The position numbers and the translations under genes are program-made. Of a stretch of DNA of 64,000 nt, positions 24,223 through 52,545 are shown in pieces. The DNA comes from Amoebidium appalachense (taxonomy: Eukaryota; Protista; Ichthyosporea), in the NCBI GenBank assembly GCA_963693365.1, contig CAVNZM010000003.1, positions 10,834,988 to 10,898,987 of the forward strand, read 5' to 3'. Positions within the stretch are counted from its first letter, which is position 1; the number at the start of each line of letters is the position of its first letter. The notes under the pieces are model-generated. The model had not been told where the DNA came from. It did not search any database and saw only the letters and a list, made by a program, of their open reading frames with translations.

Positions 24223-25628
24223 CCCGGCACCCTCCCCGCTGTTAGGTTATAGCGTCTCAGACCCCCTTTCAAACCCCCCCCCCCCCCCCCGGATTCTTGT
24301 TATTGTTATTTACGCACCTTAAATATGCATGCTTATAGATAGCAGACATACGACACGTTCACGTAGGACACGGCCCTTATCCATTACTCATGATTACGTA
24401 ACTATTACATCACTGTTACATCATAGCTTTGCATCTTGGCATGCCACGTGTTATGCCCCTGTAACGCATGAATAGTTGGGATAGCCCCTGCACGTGTACC
24501 AATAGTTTATGCATATGCACAGTGGCACGCGATTGAGAAGATTGACATTGTGTGTGGCATGCGTTTTGAAGATTGACATTGCATGTATTTGTAGATTGAG
24601 CATTTCCGATTGGTTGTTTCTAAGATTCGGGATTCGTACTAGCCATATATGGACTTTGTAAGTGCTTTCCTATTGGATCATGTGGTAGACAAGCGTGCAA
24701 ACAAAACTATATAAAGGATGGCATCGGTCGACCACACACGGACAGACAGAGAGTCTCAGAGAGAGTCTATCCTCAGAGTTAGTAAGCTACTCTTGAGATA
24801 CCTGTGTGTGTAGACAGAAGCAGAAGTCGCAAAAGAGAACGATCCAACTTTTCTTGAGTCTTAGCACCACTCCCATCCTATCCCCCTAGCACCCTCACCC
24901 CCCAGTTACCAACCCCCAGTGGTACAATTTAAGTTAGCCATGTGCCATTATGACTTACATTAATAACCCCCTCAAGGGCTGACCTACTCCGTGCCTGCTT
25001 TGGCTATCTCCACGGAGGCACATACTTTGACCTGGACACCATAATAGTACGTCCTATGGAGATCAAAACCGACGTCGTGGTAGTCGAATACGACGACAGA
25101 AACGTGTGCAATCCTTCGTATCAGTTCTACTGTGAGTGCTCAAAGATACCCCCGACAAAAATCCTTCCATTTCCGGGTGGGGAAATGCCGCCCCATGCAG
25201 AGCAGTACTACACCATAAACGGGTTTTTCTCGTTTGGTGACCCGAAATCTTCATACATACGTCGTGTTCTGGACTACCAAACGCGGTTTAACGGGAGTGC
25301 AGATTCGTGTTGGAATTGCATGGGCCCCCGCGCTTTTTCAAACGCAACAGCAAGTTTCATGAACGGGAAACTCGAAAAAGATGCGGAAAAACTCATGTTT
25401 ATGTCGCAGGAAAGCGGGCTGTGTACTGGGTGGCGCAGTCGGCTTTACAGCACTGTAGGTGAAACGGAAGCGGGGGAAATATTGGAACGAGTAGCATCAG
25501 AGTGTTATTTGATGCATGTGTTTGAGATCAATTCTAACGGGGAGGGTGGTAAGAAGGACCACAACAAACCAGAAACCCTTTTAGATTTTTTGGCAGCCAG
25601 CTTTTGTCTGGTGGATTGCGCACATTAG
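22722..25628 (+). CDS. GT32 / alpha-1,4-glycosyltransferase-like type II membrane protein; exons 22722-23332 and 24977-25628
   Basis: N-terminal hydrophobic helix and SLNSLFYHHP. Splicing CACAG|gtgggt...aag|GGCT gives QYVHRADLLR..GGTYFDLD (DxD motif), followed by WNCMGP. The spliced frame is open. The start codon is inferred. Confidence 0.85.
24240..24968 (+). repeat. Possible old solo LTR in the intron, ending 8 nt before the acceptor
   Basis: TGTTA...TAAC(C) termini, TATATAAA near 24708, imperfect flanks CCCGC/CCCTC. Confidence 0.35.
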
Positions 25629-26570
25629 GTGAAATGTTTGATAGAATTATCTATATCCCCCCCCCCCCCCCCCCCCCCCCGGGGCCCCCTTCTTCTCTTC
25701 CCATTCTTTTAAATGATACCCCTTCCCCCCCTCCACCCCCTCCCCCTCCCCTTTCTGCTCCCCATGCCCTTCCTCCCGGGGACCCCCCTCTCTTTCTTCA
25801 CGGTCGTTTGTCAGGTATCACCCAAGAGTAGCACTTCGAGGGATTTTACCTGCTTCGGCCTCAGCTTTCACATCATGTATGTAATGAATGTGTTGTACAT
25901 AGTCGCCACACATGACGGGAACAATTTGCAATGTGTATTCTACACTGCGCATTTCTGGTAATGTGCTGGGTTGGTGCAGAGCTTCAATATTATATAGTCA
26001 ACGGTTACACGTTGGAGAAATTCAGTGAATTCAGTGACACCCCGACTTGGCCAAAAGTGTACGTATTGGAGCGTGTGCTATATCCGTTATAAAGTTGAAA
26101 TAGATTGGGCATTGACGCGTAAGACAATTACGGTGCTGTAATATACCTTTCCAGAAGATATTGTGTCCCTTTTGTAAGGAACCCTTCGATTGATACTATG
26201 ATTTAGGAAGTGTTGGGTTTGTGTTGCTGTTAGGGCACCTTTTCTCTACGCGTGTTTGTGGCTCTGGGCAGTCCCATGTATTTTTTATGGAATGGGATCA
26301 AATAAACTCTCAAAGTCATACCCGAGAGCATTGATTTATCTGGCTGACAAATTTTCATTGTCACTCTTTCTCTTTTTTCTTTCTTTCTTTTCTATCGTGT
26401 ACCCGTGATACTTGTGATCGTAACATCTCGTACATGTTATGTTTTCTAGCATGCTGTTTTATGTATGGCGGTAACACAGCTCTGTCAAAAAATTCCTTAT
26501 TCTGCTCCTTATAAGCCTATCACAACCCCGAAACGAACCCCCCCCCCCCCCCCCCCCCCCTCCCCCCCCC

Positions 26571-26620
<50 letters not shown>

Positions 26621-26871
26621 TCCTCCCCCTCCCTGCCCCCCTCCCTCCCCCCCCTCCCCCTCCCCCCGCCTCCCCTGTGCAACACTGTTTGTTTTTTCTT
26701 TCCGTTGCCCACCTGAATATGTACACATCAATACCTTTAGTGTTTTGGAGGATTAGCCTCTATGTTGAAAGTTCAATGGCATAGGGTGCAATTAAAGGAG
26801 CTCATTTGTGCGTGCGTGCGTGCCCATGCGTGACCGTGTGTTTTGCGCCCTCGTGTATGTGTATGTGCCAC

Positions 26872-26904
<33 letters not shown>

Positions 26905-26916
26905 ATGTTGCGTGTG

Positions 26917-26951
<35 letters not shown>

Positions 26952-27169
26952 ACTTGTGGTGTGTTACGGGGTGTGTGTACGTGTGTAAAACATGTACATG
27001 ATAAAAACTCCACCAACCCCCTCTCCCCCCCCCCACCCCCGCCCCCCCCCCCCCCCCCCCCCCCCCCCCTGCACGTGAGCGCGCACGCGTGCGTGGGTGG
27101 GTGGGTGGGTGTGTGCGTGCGTGCGTGCGTTCGTGCGTGCATGCATGCGCGCGTGCGTGGGTGTGTGCG

Positions 27170-27202
<33 letters not shown>

Positions 27203-29676
27203 TCGTGCGCGTTGAGTGCAATGTCGATGCGTTATGCCCGCCCGTGGTTCGTGCTTGGGCACGTGTGTGACTACGATTTTTCTTAAAACTACAGTACGAT
27301 GTGTGCAATGTGAGGCGCGAAATGAACACGATCAAATCCACACAAGACAGAAACTCTAGATAAGCATCATGTCGCAGACGCCAGGTTAGGCGAAGAAAGA
27401 ATGGAAGCAGGTAGATGTGTTGAGTTGATCTTTTGGTAAAACATTCAACGTAAAAACCGGACAATTTGCTCCCTATTTGTGTTATAGAACCTCTTTTTCT
27501 CGTTAACTATTTTCCACTACACACCACCATATCCTCGATGCTCAAAAACTCTACACAAATGTGACATTCCTCCCAGAGTTGCTCAGAATCGCTTCATAGA
27601 ACACAGGTAAACAATACCGTGATATTTGCTGCGCCGATATCAACGCCTATAACACATGTGCAGGGCATATTGATATTGTTGCGTCTGTAGCAACGCCGAG
27701 GGCTAACCGTAGTATTGACGGGTGCAATTGTTGCACCTATTACTTTTGGAGGCCTAGACGTTGATCCCGACGGTGACAACTACACACACTGTGAAACTGG
27801 TTGTGCTATCGGCTCCGACGATAGCTGTGCTCCCCCCCCCCCCCCCCCCCCCCTCCCCTCCCCCCCAAAACCACCTTCCCACCCACCCCGCCTCCTTTCC
27901 CAGCAAGCAGGCACCTGTGATTTTTGAATACACGTGATATCACACTTTATTTACGTGCTACTGCACGTTCAATCATAACACGTTCATTCATTTGAGGTGG
28001 TAACCGTGTTACCTGGTTGCACCCATACAGTATCACATTTTGTTGCATGCTAGGGGTTGGGCGCTACTTTCCATTTTCTGGTAGGTGGGCTACGTGTCAA
28101 TATAGGCATTTATCTATAGGCCGAAATTCGTTGTATGTATGCATACAAGGCTTGCGGGGCAGCTGTGACCTCCGTTTGTAATCTGGTCTGCACCAAACAA
28201 GAATACTACGTGTAGAAGCTACAAAGTCCAGAGTGATCAGAAAGAGACAAGCCTAGCATCTCCAGGGGAGTCGGTTCTCAAAAATCCTAACTAGTTCGTG
28301 CACTTAGTCTTGTTAGCAATCGGCAACGAGTTGCCCCTCCTGCTCACCGTTAAACACTTTTGCAGTGCAAAAGATTCCTCGCCTCCTGCCGACTCGGTGG
28401 GGAAGACTTTTGACAGCTTTATCAAGCGCTTGGCAGTGCGACTTGAGCGCACGCGCCGCGCTGTGCTGCAGGTGTACGATGGGTGGGGAAAAAGTGAGCT
28501 TTGGCCCTTGAACAGCGAACACGTTAAAGGACAGGGATAGAAGGACGAGAGGTGGCTATAGTTAGTTGGCAAACTGTTCAGTAACCACGTGTAGCCCTAG
28601 CACGTAGCTCTTTGAAAGGCTGATGCACACCAGTTAGAGAGCGTGGTGATGTCAGCCCAAACTAATTACGTTTGCATCTTTTTCTTCCTGTGAAGGTGCA
28701 CGTTTGCCTTTTGCAGGAGCACCAACCAATAACAAAAGGCTACGTAGAAGTCTACTGCGTAAAAGTAGCGTCGAACCAGCAAGTAATGATTACTATGAGT
28801 TAAACAAAAGCAAATATTATTCACGTCAATGCAATAACAACAGTAGCTGGCTACAACATCTGCCAAAGCTATCGCCACGCAAACAACGACAAACAAAATG
28901 AAAGGCCCTCTTACCTTGAGCTGCACCGTCACGGTGGCACTCCACCAGCTTCTCAAGTTCTGCTACCGGTCATTCTTAAGGCTAACCGTGGTTAAATGGC
29001 ACAGCGCTACGTGTACTCAACAGCGCTACGTGTACTCAACAACTGCCGCGGAAGGGTACTTGTCGGTTAAACGACAAAAACTTGCACCACATCTTCAGTG
29101 CTAGACAAAAATGACTGTCAGTCTCCACCAACTGAGGCAAGATTTTTTGTCGACATCAGGCGGTCGACATGACTCTTGGGATAAACATGGAATGTACAGG
29201 AATGCATAGAGCTCTTGGCGATTGGCTAGAAAAAAAGATCGGTGCAAAGCAATAAATGAGAAGTTTTAGTGTACGCATATGGACCACAATTTTGGTTTTA
29301 TTTTATACATTTATTACATATAAAACAAAATATATTATAATTAATGCTATATGTGCTACTTAACAAGTCTTAGTATATTCGTTTATGATGGAAACAGGGC
29401 CTGTAACAGTCCCATGAATTGGAATTTACTTCGTTCCATTTTGTGTCCGATAATTGGCTAATGGGGGTTCCAGCGGTTTTTTCGACTTCGTAAATTTTGT
29501 AAGTTGGCGGCGGTTATGCCCACGTAGGTTTGCAGTGAATGGCCGTGGGGCAGGAGAGCGAATTAATTATTGGAGGGGGGCCCGGCCCGCGGGAGGCCAC
29601 GGACAGGGGAGGGGGGGGGGGGGGGGGGGGGGGGTGTCTCGGAATTGAGGGGGGGAGGGGTGTGTGGCCGGGCGGG

Positions 29677-29717
<41 letters not shown>

Positions 29718-30331
29718 GGTCACGGTGGCATATATATGTATATAGGCGTAGTCTGTATCATGCCAGGGGTACAGCAGACGGAGCCATGGACACGACAAGT
29801 ACACTATCAGTGACATATACACTGCTACCGACACTGCCAGTAACAGTACTGATGCATGTGGCGGTGAAACGGGTGGGGTCAAACGCACCCCGTATTTATT
29901 GATATCGGCGTTGATATCGGCGGAACCAATTTCACGGGATTGTTTACCTGTGGAAGTTCATGCAAACAGTTATCCCCCTCCTCCCCCCTCTCTCCACACA
30001 CATGGACACTACACCGACACACACACAGACACACAGAAAAACCCCTTGGACTTGTAACGCATCCCCCCCCCCCCCCCCTCCCCCCCCCCCCCCGCTCCTC
30101 CCCCTTCTCCGGATCCCCCCCCCCCCCCCCCCTCCCCGCCCCCTCCTTCCACCACCTTAATGCCACTTACTTGCGTATCTTTCGTTCCCACCTTCCTGCC
30201 TCTCCTGCTTACCATTGTGTGCATCCCCATCCCCTTAACCACAGCCCCCATTCCTCCTCCTTCTTCCACACCCCCACAGAATAACCCTCAACCTTAAAGT
30301 TTCCCCACATTACACTCCCTCCCCCCCTCCC

Positions 30332-30376
<45 letters not shown>

Positions 30377-30412
30377 CACGGTGTGTGTGTGTGTGTGCCA
30401 CGGTGTATGTGT

Positions 30413-30452
<40 letters not shown>

Positions 30453-30612
30453 GCGTGTGCGTGTGTACATGTGTGTGTGTGCCTGTGTTTGAACATGTGT
30501 GTAACGTTGGCAAGATGTTTGTGTGTGTGTGTGCCGTGTGTGTGTGCGCGGGAGCGAAAACAGGGACATGTCCTTGATATGCCAGTGCGAGAGCGGTAGC
30601 AAGGATGAGAGC

Positions 30613-32127
30613 ATGATACAGCTTGCAAGTCCGAGTCGGTCGCCGACAGATGGGCTAACGAACGTTGAACAAGTTGATGAGATCGACACTGGCGCAAGCA
30701 TAGCAGATAAGATAAAGGGGGCAGGAAAGAGGATAAGAGAGTCTGAAAGGTTTGCGCAAGAATACCGTTATAAACAGTAGGAGGGGTAAAAATGTAGGTG
30801 GAAGTAGTTCTGACTCTCAATCCGCGGTATTAAAGGAACAAACTAAGGGGATTGTGTGTAGGTGCACCCACCCGGGCTGTGAATACACGACAAACGCCAC
30901 CACCAACATGCATAGACATGGCCAAGCACACGAGTGAAAAGGTGTTTAGGTGCCATTACGAGGGCTGCGGTAAGAGCTACAACCGGGTCCCCTTAAAGTT
31001 TATATACGCACACACACTGGCGAGAGACTCTATGTTTGCAAACATGCATATGATGGGTGCACCAAGAGCTACACAGACTTGACTAGTTTCAAGAGACTTC
31101 AAGAGACTCACATGGGGCGAAACGGTAGGAATTATGCCTGCAGTTTTGTAGGTTGCGGTAAGGCATTTACACAAATAGTGGTTTTACAAAAACACATGCG
31201 CATACACACAGGGGAGAAAAACTATGCTTGCACACTGTAAATTTGGTTGTGTATCATAGCGGCAGCGCAGATTGCATTCAGGTATGGGATCTGATCGATC
31301 TTGAGATGGGATCTTATCCTCGGCACTCATCATTTCGAGGTCCAGGCATGTTGTCAACTGATTGGATCTGGCTGATACTGCCGCCTTTTATAGGGGACAG
31401 TTCGCCGTGCGATTGTGGGACAACGCCCGCTGCTTCCCGACCAACCATTTTGATTGGTCAGTAAGCGCGAATAACTACAGAGCGCGACTCCCGTAGTCTG
31501 CCCTACACAACCATGTTTACATCTCCCCTCACGTTGGGGAGTCGCGCGTTACACCCCACCGGCAAGGTCGTAGCAGCCCGCGAACGGCTCCATCCAAGGT
31601 TGTACAGGCGTGGCCATCCGACCAACAACCCCCTTGGGTCCTGCCGCGGTCGCCAATGTAAATTTGGTTGTGTATCATAGCGGCAGCGCAGATTGCATGT
31701 ACAGTATGGGATCCGATCGATCTTGAGATGGGATGTTATCCTCGGCACTCATCGTTTCGAGTCCAGGCATGTTCCCAACTGATTGGATCTGGCTGATACT
31801 GCCGCCTTTTATAGGGGACAGTTCGCCGTGCGATTGTGGGACAACGCCGCTGCTTCCCGACCAACTATTTTGATTGGTCAGTAAGCGCGACTAACTACAG
31901 AGCGCGACTCCCGTAGTCTGTCCTACAATATACACAACCATGTATTACAACACACCCAGGTTGTGGGAAGTGCTTTTAAATTTCGAAATTTCTCGAAAGG
32001 ATGCGCTGAGGGAACACATGAGAATTCATTCGAATGAAAGGCCCGTACTCATGTCCCCGATGCCACCACGCGTATAAGTCAGCGGACCACAGATACAAAC
32101 ACATGAAAAGAGGGTTGGTAGACTGAT
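30613..32127 (+). pseudogene. Multi-finger C2H2 zinc-finger pseudogene
   Basis: CTHPGC..H..H, CHYEGCGKSY, HTGER, GCGKAF..HMRIHTGEKNYAC, HMRIHSNERP and CPRC..HMK in shifting frames with stops; interrupted by a TRIM. Confidence 0.85.
31236..31949 (-). mobile_element. TRIM (714 bp) with tRNA-Arg PBS
   Basis: LTRs 31657-31949 and 31236-31521 (TG..CA). PBS TGGCGACCGCGGCAGGAC at 31655-31638 complements a tRNA-Arg(TCG)-type 3' end GTCCTGCCGCGGTCG-CCA. PPT GAGGGGAGA at 31530-31522. 4-bp TSD ACAC; removal restores C-T-H-P-G-C in frame. Confidence 0.92.
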
Positions 32128-32864
32128 AGAGTCGACACGAACAAATGCTTTGGTGTTTTCGGCTAGTTTACTGGTCAATTTGGTGGGTCAGCAATGTTAA
32201 CTATTGATCATAGCATGGTACCGCCGTAATAATACGTGTGATACTGTAGCACGTGTACGTTATAGTGCGGCTATGCATGGCATGGCTTATTAATTGTGCA
32301 TTATTATTAGTAGTATTTTTATTGTTATTACTAGGTCCGGCTGGTCCGGCCTACCATATTATAAACCGGTTTGCCGGAAGGCACCTAAGACAATCATTAG
32401 TATACGTATTCCCGTAGGCTACACAAAACAATGAAAGGCATAATATACACGTACAACGTCCACACGTGAAGATATACAACACTGCCATCACTACCACTGA
32501 TCTCGGCGGCGGCAGAGTGGGGGGTGGGTGGGGGTGGGTGGGGGTGGGGTGGGTTGGGGTGAGGTGGGGGTGGGGGTGGGAGTGGGGAGGGGGCTTCCGT
32601 TATTTGTTATTTATTTCTAGATTCAAGGTGGGTACACGTCCTTTCGTCGACTTGAAGTTGTCTGACCCGAATGCAACAGAACTTACACCCTTTACGCTAA
32701 GTATCCCACACAAACAACGTTACACTCTACTGTTACCATGTCTGGGATCATGAAATTTCAAAAACTTTGCACGAGAGCTGGCCCGCAGCATCGTGTTCTA
32801 CACACTTTTGGCATATCGGTTAAATCAGGAAACCAAATTATGAAATACAAGATATTATGTTCCC

Positions 32865-32900
<36 letters not shown>

Positions 32901-32945
32901 CCCAGCATGAAACACGAGATCACGTCTCCCCCCCCTTCCCCCCCC

Positions 32946-32978
<33 letters not shown>

Positions 32979-32980
<2 letters not shown>

Positions 32981-33425
32981 GGAAGTACAAGAACAAGGAG
33001 AGAGAGAAAAGAAGACCAAAATCAAAGACGGGGAGTCCCGACAGGAACACCCTTTAAGGTTCACGGTTCCGACAGAAATGGCATTTCCAAATACGAAGTG
33101 TACTCACAGGTCACACCCTAAAACGAGAAACGAACAGAAGTTTACTACTCCCCATCCGAGTCTGGGGGGCCATCGATTATCTCGGGTATACCAAAAAAAG
33201 AAAAACGGGGAAAAAGGAAGTACAAGAACAAGGAGAGAGAGAAAAGAAGACCAAAATCAAAGACGGGGAGTCCCGACAGGAACACCCTTTAAGGTTCACG
33301 GTTCCGACAGAAATGGCATTTCCAAATACGAAGTGTACTCACAGGTCACACCCTAAAACGAGAAACGAACAGAAGTTTACTACTCCCCATCCGAGTCTGG
33401 GGGGCCATCGATTATCTCGGGTATA
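32979..33425. repeat. Direct duplication of about 212 bp (32979-33190 and 33214-33425) covering the 3' end of a minus-strand ORF
   Basis: The two copies read identically and are separated by an A-rich 23-bp spacer. Confidence 0.9.
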
Positions 33426-34094
33426 TCTCCCTCCTCATCCACATCCGACATATACCCGGCCGGAAAAGCCTGGACAGGTGCCGGTGGCCTTACCGCAGAA
33501 CATATGTTTTCCGTTTTTTTTGGTGCATTTTCCGGTTCCTTTGCTGCTGCTGGTGTCTGCTCTAACGTCTTTGGTTTTGGCTCACCCGTCGCCTGTGTAA
33601 CAGAAGCTGATTGGCTCTTGGGTGTAGATTCGATTTCCTTATTTGGTGCGGTGGGATTCTCGGATTGCTCATCCAACGCCACCCTCTTCTTCGCTTGCAA
33701 CGGCGGGGAAACGGGGCGAATCGCATTCCAGAGGTCTTTTTAACCCTTTTTGTGATTGAGCCACATCATTTCCCACCGCAGCAGTTGTTGGTGGGGGGTT
33801 CTGTGAATTTGCAGCGTTCGAGTTTCCGTTTGCACATCCGGCAAGAGAGCTGCCAAACGCGGCAAAACCCCCCGATTGCTGCCTCTGTTCCGTAGGCCAC
33901 CGTGGGGGCAAGGGGGCCGAAAATTCATCTTGTGAGGGGGGTTTGGAACGAATCTCCCCACCGCCGAGCGAAGCGGTGGAGTGCGGAGGTGGGAGGTGCG
34001 CACGGCTGGAATGTGTGCTTCCATTTAAGGCAATGGAATGCGGCTGGTCCAACTGCATCTGGCTGTCCTTCTGGTCGTCGTGACTCAGACCCAA
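33380..34094 (-). other. Unassigned hydrophilic coding-like segment (two overlapping ORFs)
   Basis: Higher-complexity ORFs 33669-34094 and 33380-33700 with KRPLE/KKR basic motifs and an acidic tail; no recognisable domain. Confidence 0.3.
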
Positions 34095-34807
34095 TAGGCT
34101 CGTGGCCTGCGTGTGACAGGGAATTAATCAGCAATGGGCCATGCCTACCACACATCGCACACTAAAAAGGATATGAGAGTAAATACATCTCATATGTACG
34201 CACGCATAATCGAGCTCGTGTTTAATACTGCCTGAGTTAACAAATATGGAAGCAAAACCCCCAAAAAAGAAGACATAAAAGGGGGGGGGGGGGGGGGGGG
34301 GGGGGAGGGGGGAGAACAAAAAGAGGAAAGAAGAAGTCAAAAGTGAATGAAGAGTTCATTTGCACGGAGGCCGTCATTGAAAAGGTCTCTCTGCCCATAA
34401 AAAAGAGACCCTTTTGACTAATGAATCTCTTGCACACGGTGAGCCCGTGTGTGTTTACGTGTGTGGGTGGAGAGGCAGGGAAAGGGGGGGGAGGGTGGGG
34501 GGAGGAGAGGGGAGGGGAGGGGACGGGGGAGGGGGGGGGGGGGGGGGGGGGGAGGGGATATATTCCAACATCTCCCATTTTACGCAAATAACGACGGCCC
34601 GTAATTCTATTGGCAATTGTTGCAAGTTATCATCACAGAGATGCATTTGTACTTATCAGGAGAATGGATAGATCAAAGGACAACAAGCACCGCGCACACA
34701 CCAACTTGCGGGAGCTGAGGTGAACCTGGCCCCGGGGGAGGGGGGGGGGGGGGGGGGTAGGCGAGATTTGTGCATGCGTGCGTGCGTGTGTGTCTGTGTA
34801 AGTGTGT

Positions 34808-34838
<31 letters not shown>

Positions 34839-35677
34839 GGGGGGAGGGGGAGAGGGGCAGAGCGGGCAGGGATGGGGTGGTAGTTACCAAGGGACCGGTA
34901 GCGACTGGTCGGAGGCAGGGCTGTCGGGGATGGATGATTGCACTGCACACGGCTATGGCCTGTGCACAAAGCGCTGACACCTGGGGGGGGGGGGGGGGGG
35001 GGGTAAGATGTGATACTGAACGAAGTATATATATACATCAATGACAGATAACATAACGCAGATTGCCAAGCACACTTAAAGAGTCTGGATCATAAGCAGT
35101 GTCCATCCTCGGCGACGGTGAAAGAGGGGGTGGGTGGGTGGTGGTGGTGGTGGTGGGGGGGGGGGGGGGGGAATGATGTGTTGCAAATTACGACGTACAC
35201 ATTAAAGATGAGCAATAGAATGCAGAAAGGCACACATAAAGAGAGTATGTATGGCATGATGGGGGTGGAGAGGGGAGGGAGGGAGGGAGGGGGGGGGGGA
35301 GGGGGGGGGGGAGGGTGGTAACCCCAGAGGACACCTTCCATAGCACGAAATCAAAAAATTGTCTGCAAGATGTACATGCAAGAATGAAGAAAAAAGGATG
35401 GACGAGAGCCCAAATCGTCCACCGTACCTTCCCGGAAGGGGGGGGGGGGGGGGGGGGGCACTATGCACCCACAGCAACCTCCTAAAGGATAAAGGAAACG
35501 AAAAAAGAAACAAGAAATACACTTGAGACATAGCCGAAAGAAACATGGTGACCCAAGTGTGACAATGTTAACTCAGATGTACGAACATAGTTATGAAACA
35601 CTTGTGCACTCCCAACTATCCCTGTTAACTGTATGCTCCCTACCCTTAAAACTTTTGTGTGGTGAATATAGGCCGCC

Positions 35678-35714
<37 letters not shown>

Positions 35715-35766
35715 TTACACACACGCCAAAAAAAACGACACCGTCACAGGCAGGCGGGCGTGCGCG

Positions 35767-35824
<58 letters not shown>

Positions 35825-36142
35825 AACCCACCCACCCACCCACCCACCCACCCACCCACCTATCACCACCCACCTATCACACAAGTGCAAGCAAACCTCC
35901 ACCCAATCTACACGTGTTCCCTCGTGCCGAGCCACAACACACACACACACACCACACTGACATCAACAGAGTGAGCGATTACAGGATGCAGAGACAATTT
36001 GTAGGACCGAGGAACCCCGACAGAAAGAAAAGCGACAGAAAGAAAACGTAGACAGAGAGGGAGGGAAATGGGGAAGTAAGGGAAGAAGAGGGAGGGAAAG
36101 GAAGTGTGAGGGTCAGGCCCCTGCGCCGGGGGGAGGGGGGGG

Positions 36143-50747
<14,605 letters not shown>

Positions 50748-51005
50748 GGGGGGGGGGGGGGGGAGATCAGTACAGTAGTAACGAGGATGTGGGTCCTAGG
50801 ATGAGAGGTGGGGAACGTGTGTGTGTGTGTGCTGATGTATGTGTACACTGTGGGCACGTCCTGTGTGTGTGTGCGCGCACGCTTATGTGTGTCTGTGAAT
50901 GTGTCTGCTAGTCAATAAAGAGAACGAGGACGGGAATAATTTCACCATGACCTAGAAGAAAGGCAGAGAGCCATGCGGGAATAGGAGCAAGGAGGAAGAC
51001 GGGGA

Positions 51006-51036
<31 letters not shown>

Positions 51037-51097
51037 ATGGTGGGGCAGAAAAAAAAATGATGTAGAGGGGAGGTGGGAGGGAAGGGGGTAGGTTGTG

Positions 51098-51141
<44 letters not shown>

Positions 51142-51280
51142 TTTTTTTTTGGGGGGGGGATGCCCTACAGAGTACGAAGTACACATGACGAAAACACATG
51201 ACGTAACCACACAATGCAGAGCGCAAACCACACACAAGATGCATAATATGCAGAGCCTATCTAAGGAGGAGGGAGGAAAA

Positions 51281-51314
<34 letters not shown>

Positions 51315-51668
51315 AACCTTCATGAAGGTGACGAGAGAACTTAGCCACGACACGGCATTGTCTCCTAGAAGCTGTGCACCGGCCTGGCCTACAGTGGCAC
51401 CAAGAAGACACACACCCGCCCACCTGCACCAACCAATAAGAAAAACACAGTGCAAATTTAAAACCAATACCCCCCTAGTAGCACCAACAAATCACACATC
51501 TGCCCACTTGAATCAAAAAATAAGAAAAATTCCTCCAAAAAGTAAACCAACAAGGAAGACAGGGTGGGAGGGGGGGGGCGCTTAGCGTGACACATTGGCC
51601 TAATGTGCAAATACATTTAAATGTCTTTGTGGAAAATTTCACTCGGGATGGACCCGGGGGGGGAGGGG

Positions 51669-51703
<35 letters not shown>

Positions 51704-52107
51704 AGACAACGGTTGACACAAGCACACACACCCCGCACACAGACACAGGCACAGATACAGACAAAAACAAAAAGAGACAGACACAGACGCACGCACACAC
51801 AAAGACTCGCACATCAAACACGCACACACATACACACACGCACACACACAGACACGCGGGCGAGCACACACACAAGCACACACGCACCCAAAGAAACATG
51901 CCCGTGTGCGCGCGCGTGCGTGTGCGCGCGCACGCGTGCACGCACACACGCACGCACGCACGCACACACACACACACACACACACGTACACATATACACA
52001 CACACACACCTTGCACGCTCATTTCTTGCATGCAGTAGCGTGTTTACTCGAGCAATCCATTTCTTCACTGCAGGAACTTGGCTTGGATCCAATCCCTATG
52101 TTTTACG

Positions 52108-52139
<32 letters not shown>

Positions 52140-52144
52140 TGCGC

Positions 52145-52185
<41 letters not shown>

Positions 52186-52510
52186 ATCCAGGCTGATCTA
52201 TATCAAAGGTGTATGTGTAGGTGGGTGAGTGCTTGCGTGGATGTGGTGGTTGGGAGTGTGTGTGTGGGGGGGGGGAGGGGGGAGGGGAAGGGGGGGGGGT
52301 GACAGTATTAGTCATACAGGAGAACGGTCATTCACGATCGACTTGGCAATGCAGGCATGCAAAAAAGTATATGAATAGGCAAGTGTACTCAAACTATCCT
52401 ATTTGCCTCTCGTTTCCTTTATTTTCAATAAGGGGTGAGAAGGAGAGGGGAACCTAATAGATTGCGTAGGGAAATTGGAGGGAGAAAAAAGTAAGGGGTG
52501 CGAGGAACCC

Positions 52511-52545
<35 letters not shown>

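Noticed and set aside
28291-29200. Possible minus-strand membrane protein gene
   Set aside because: Hydrophobic fragments lie in different frames with stops, no recognisable motif and no consistent splice model.
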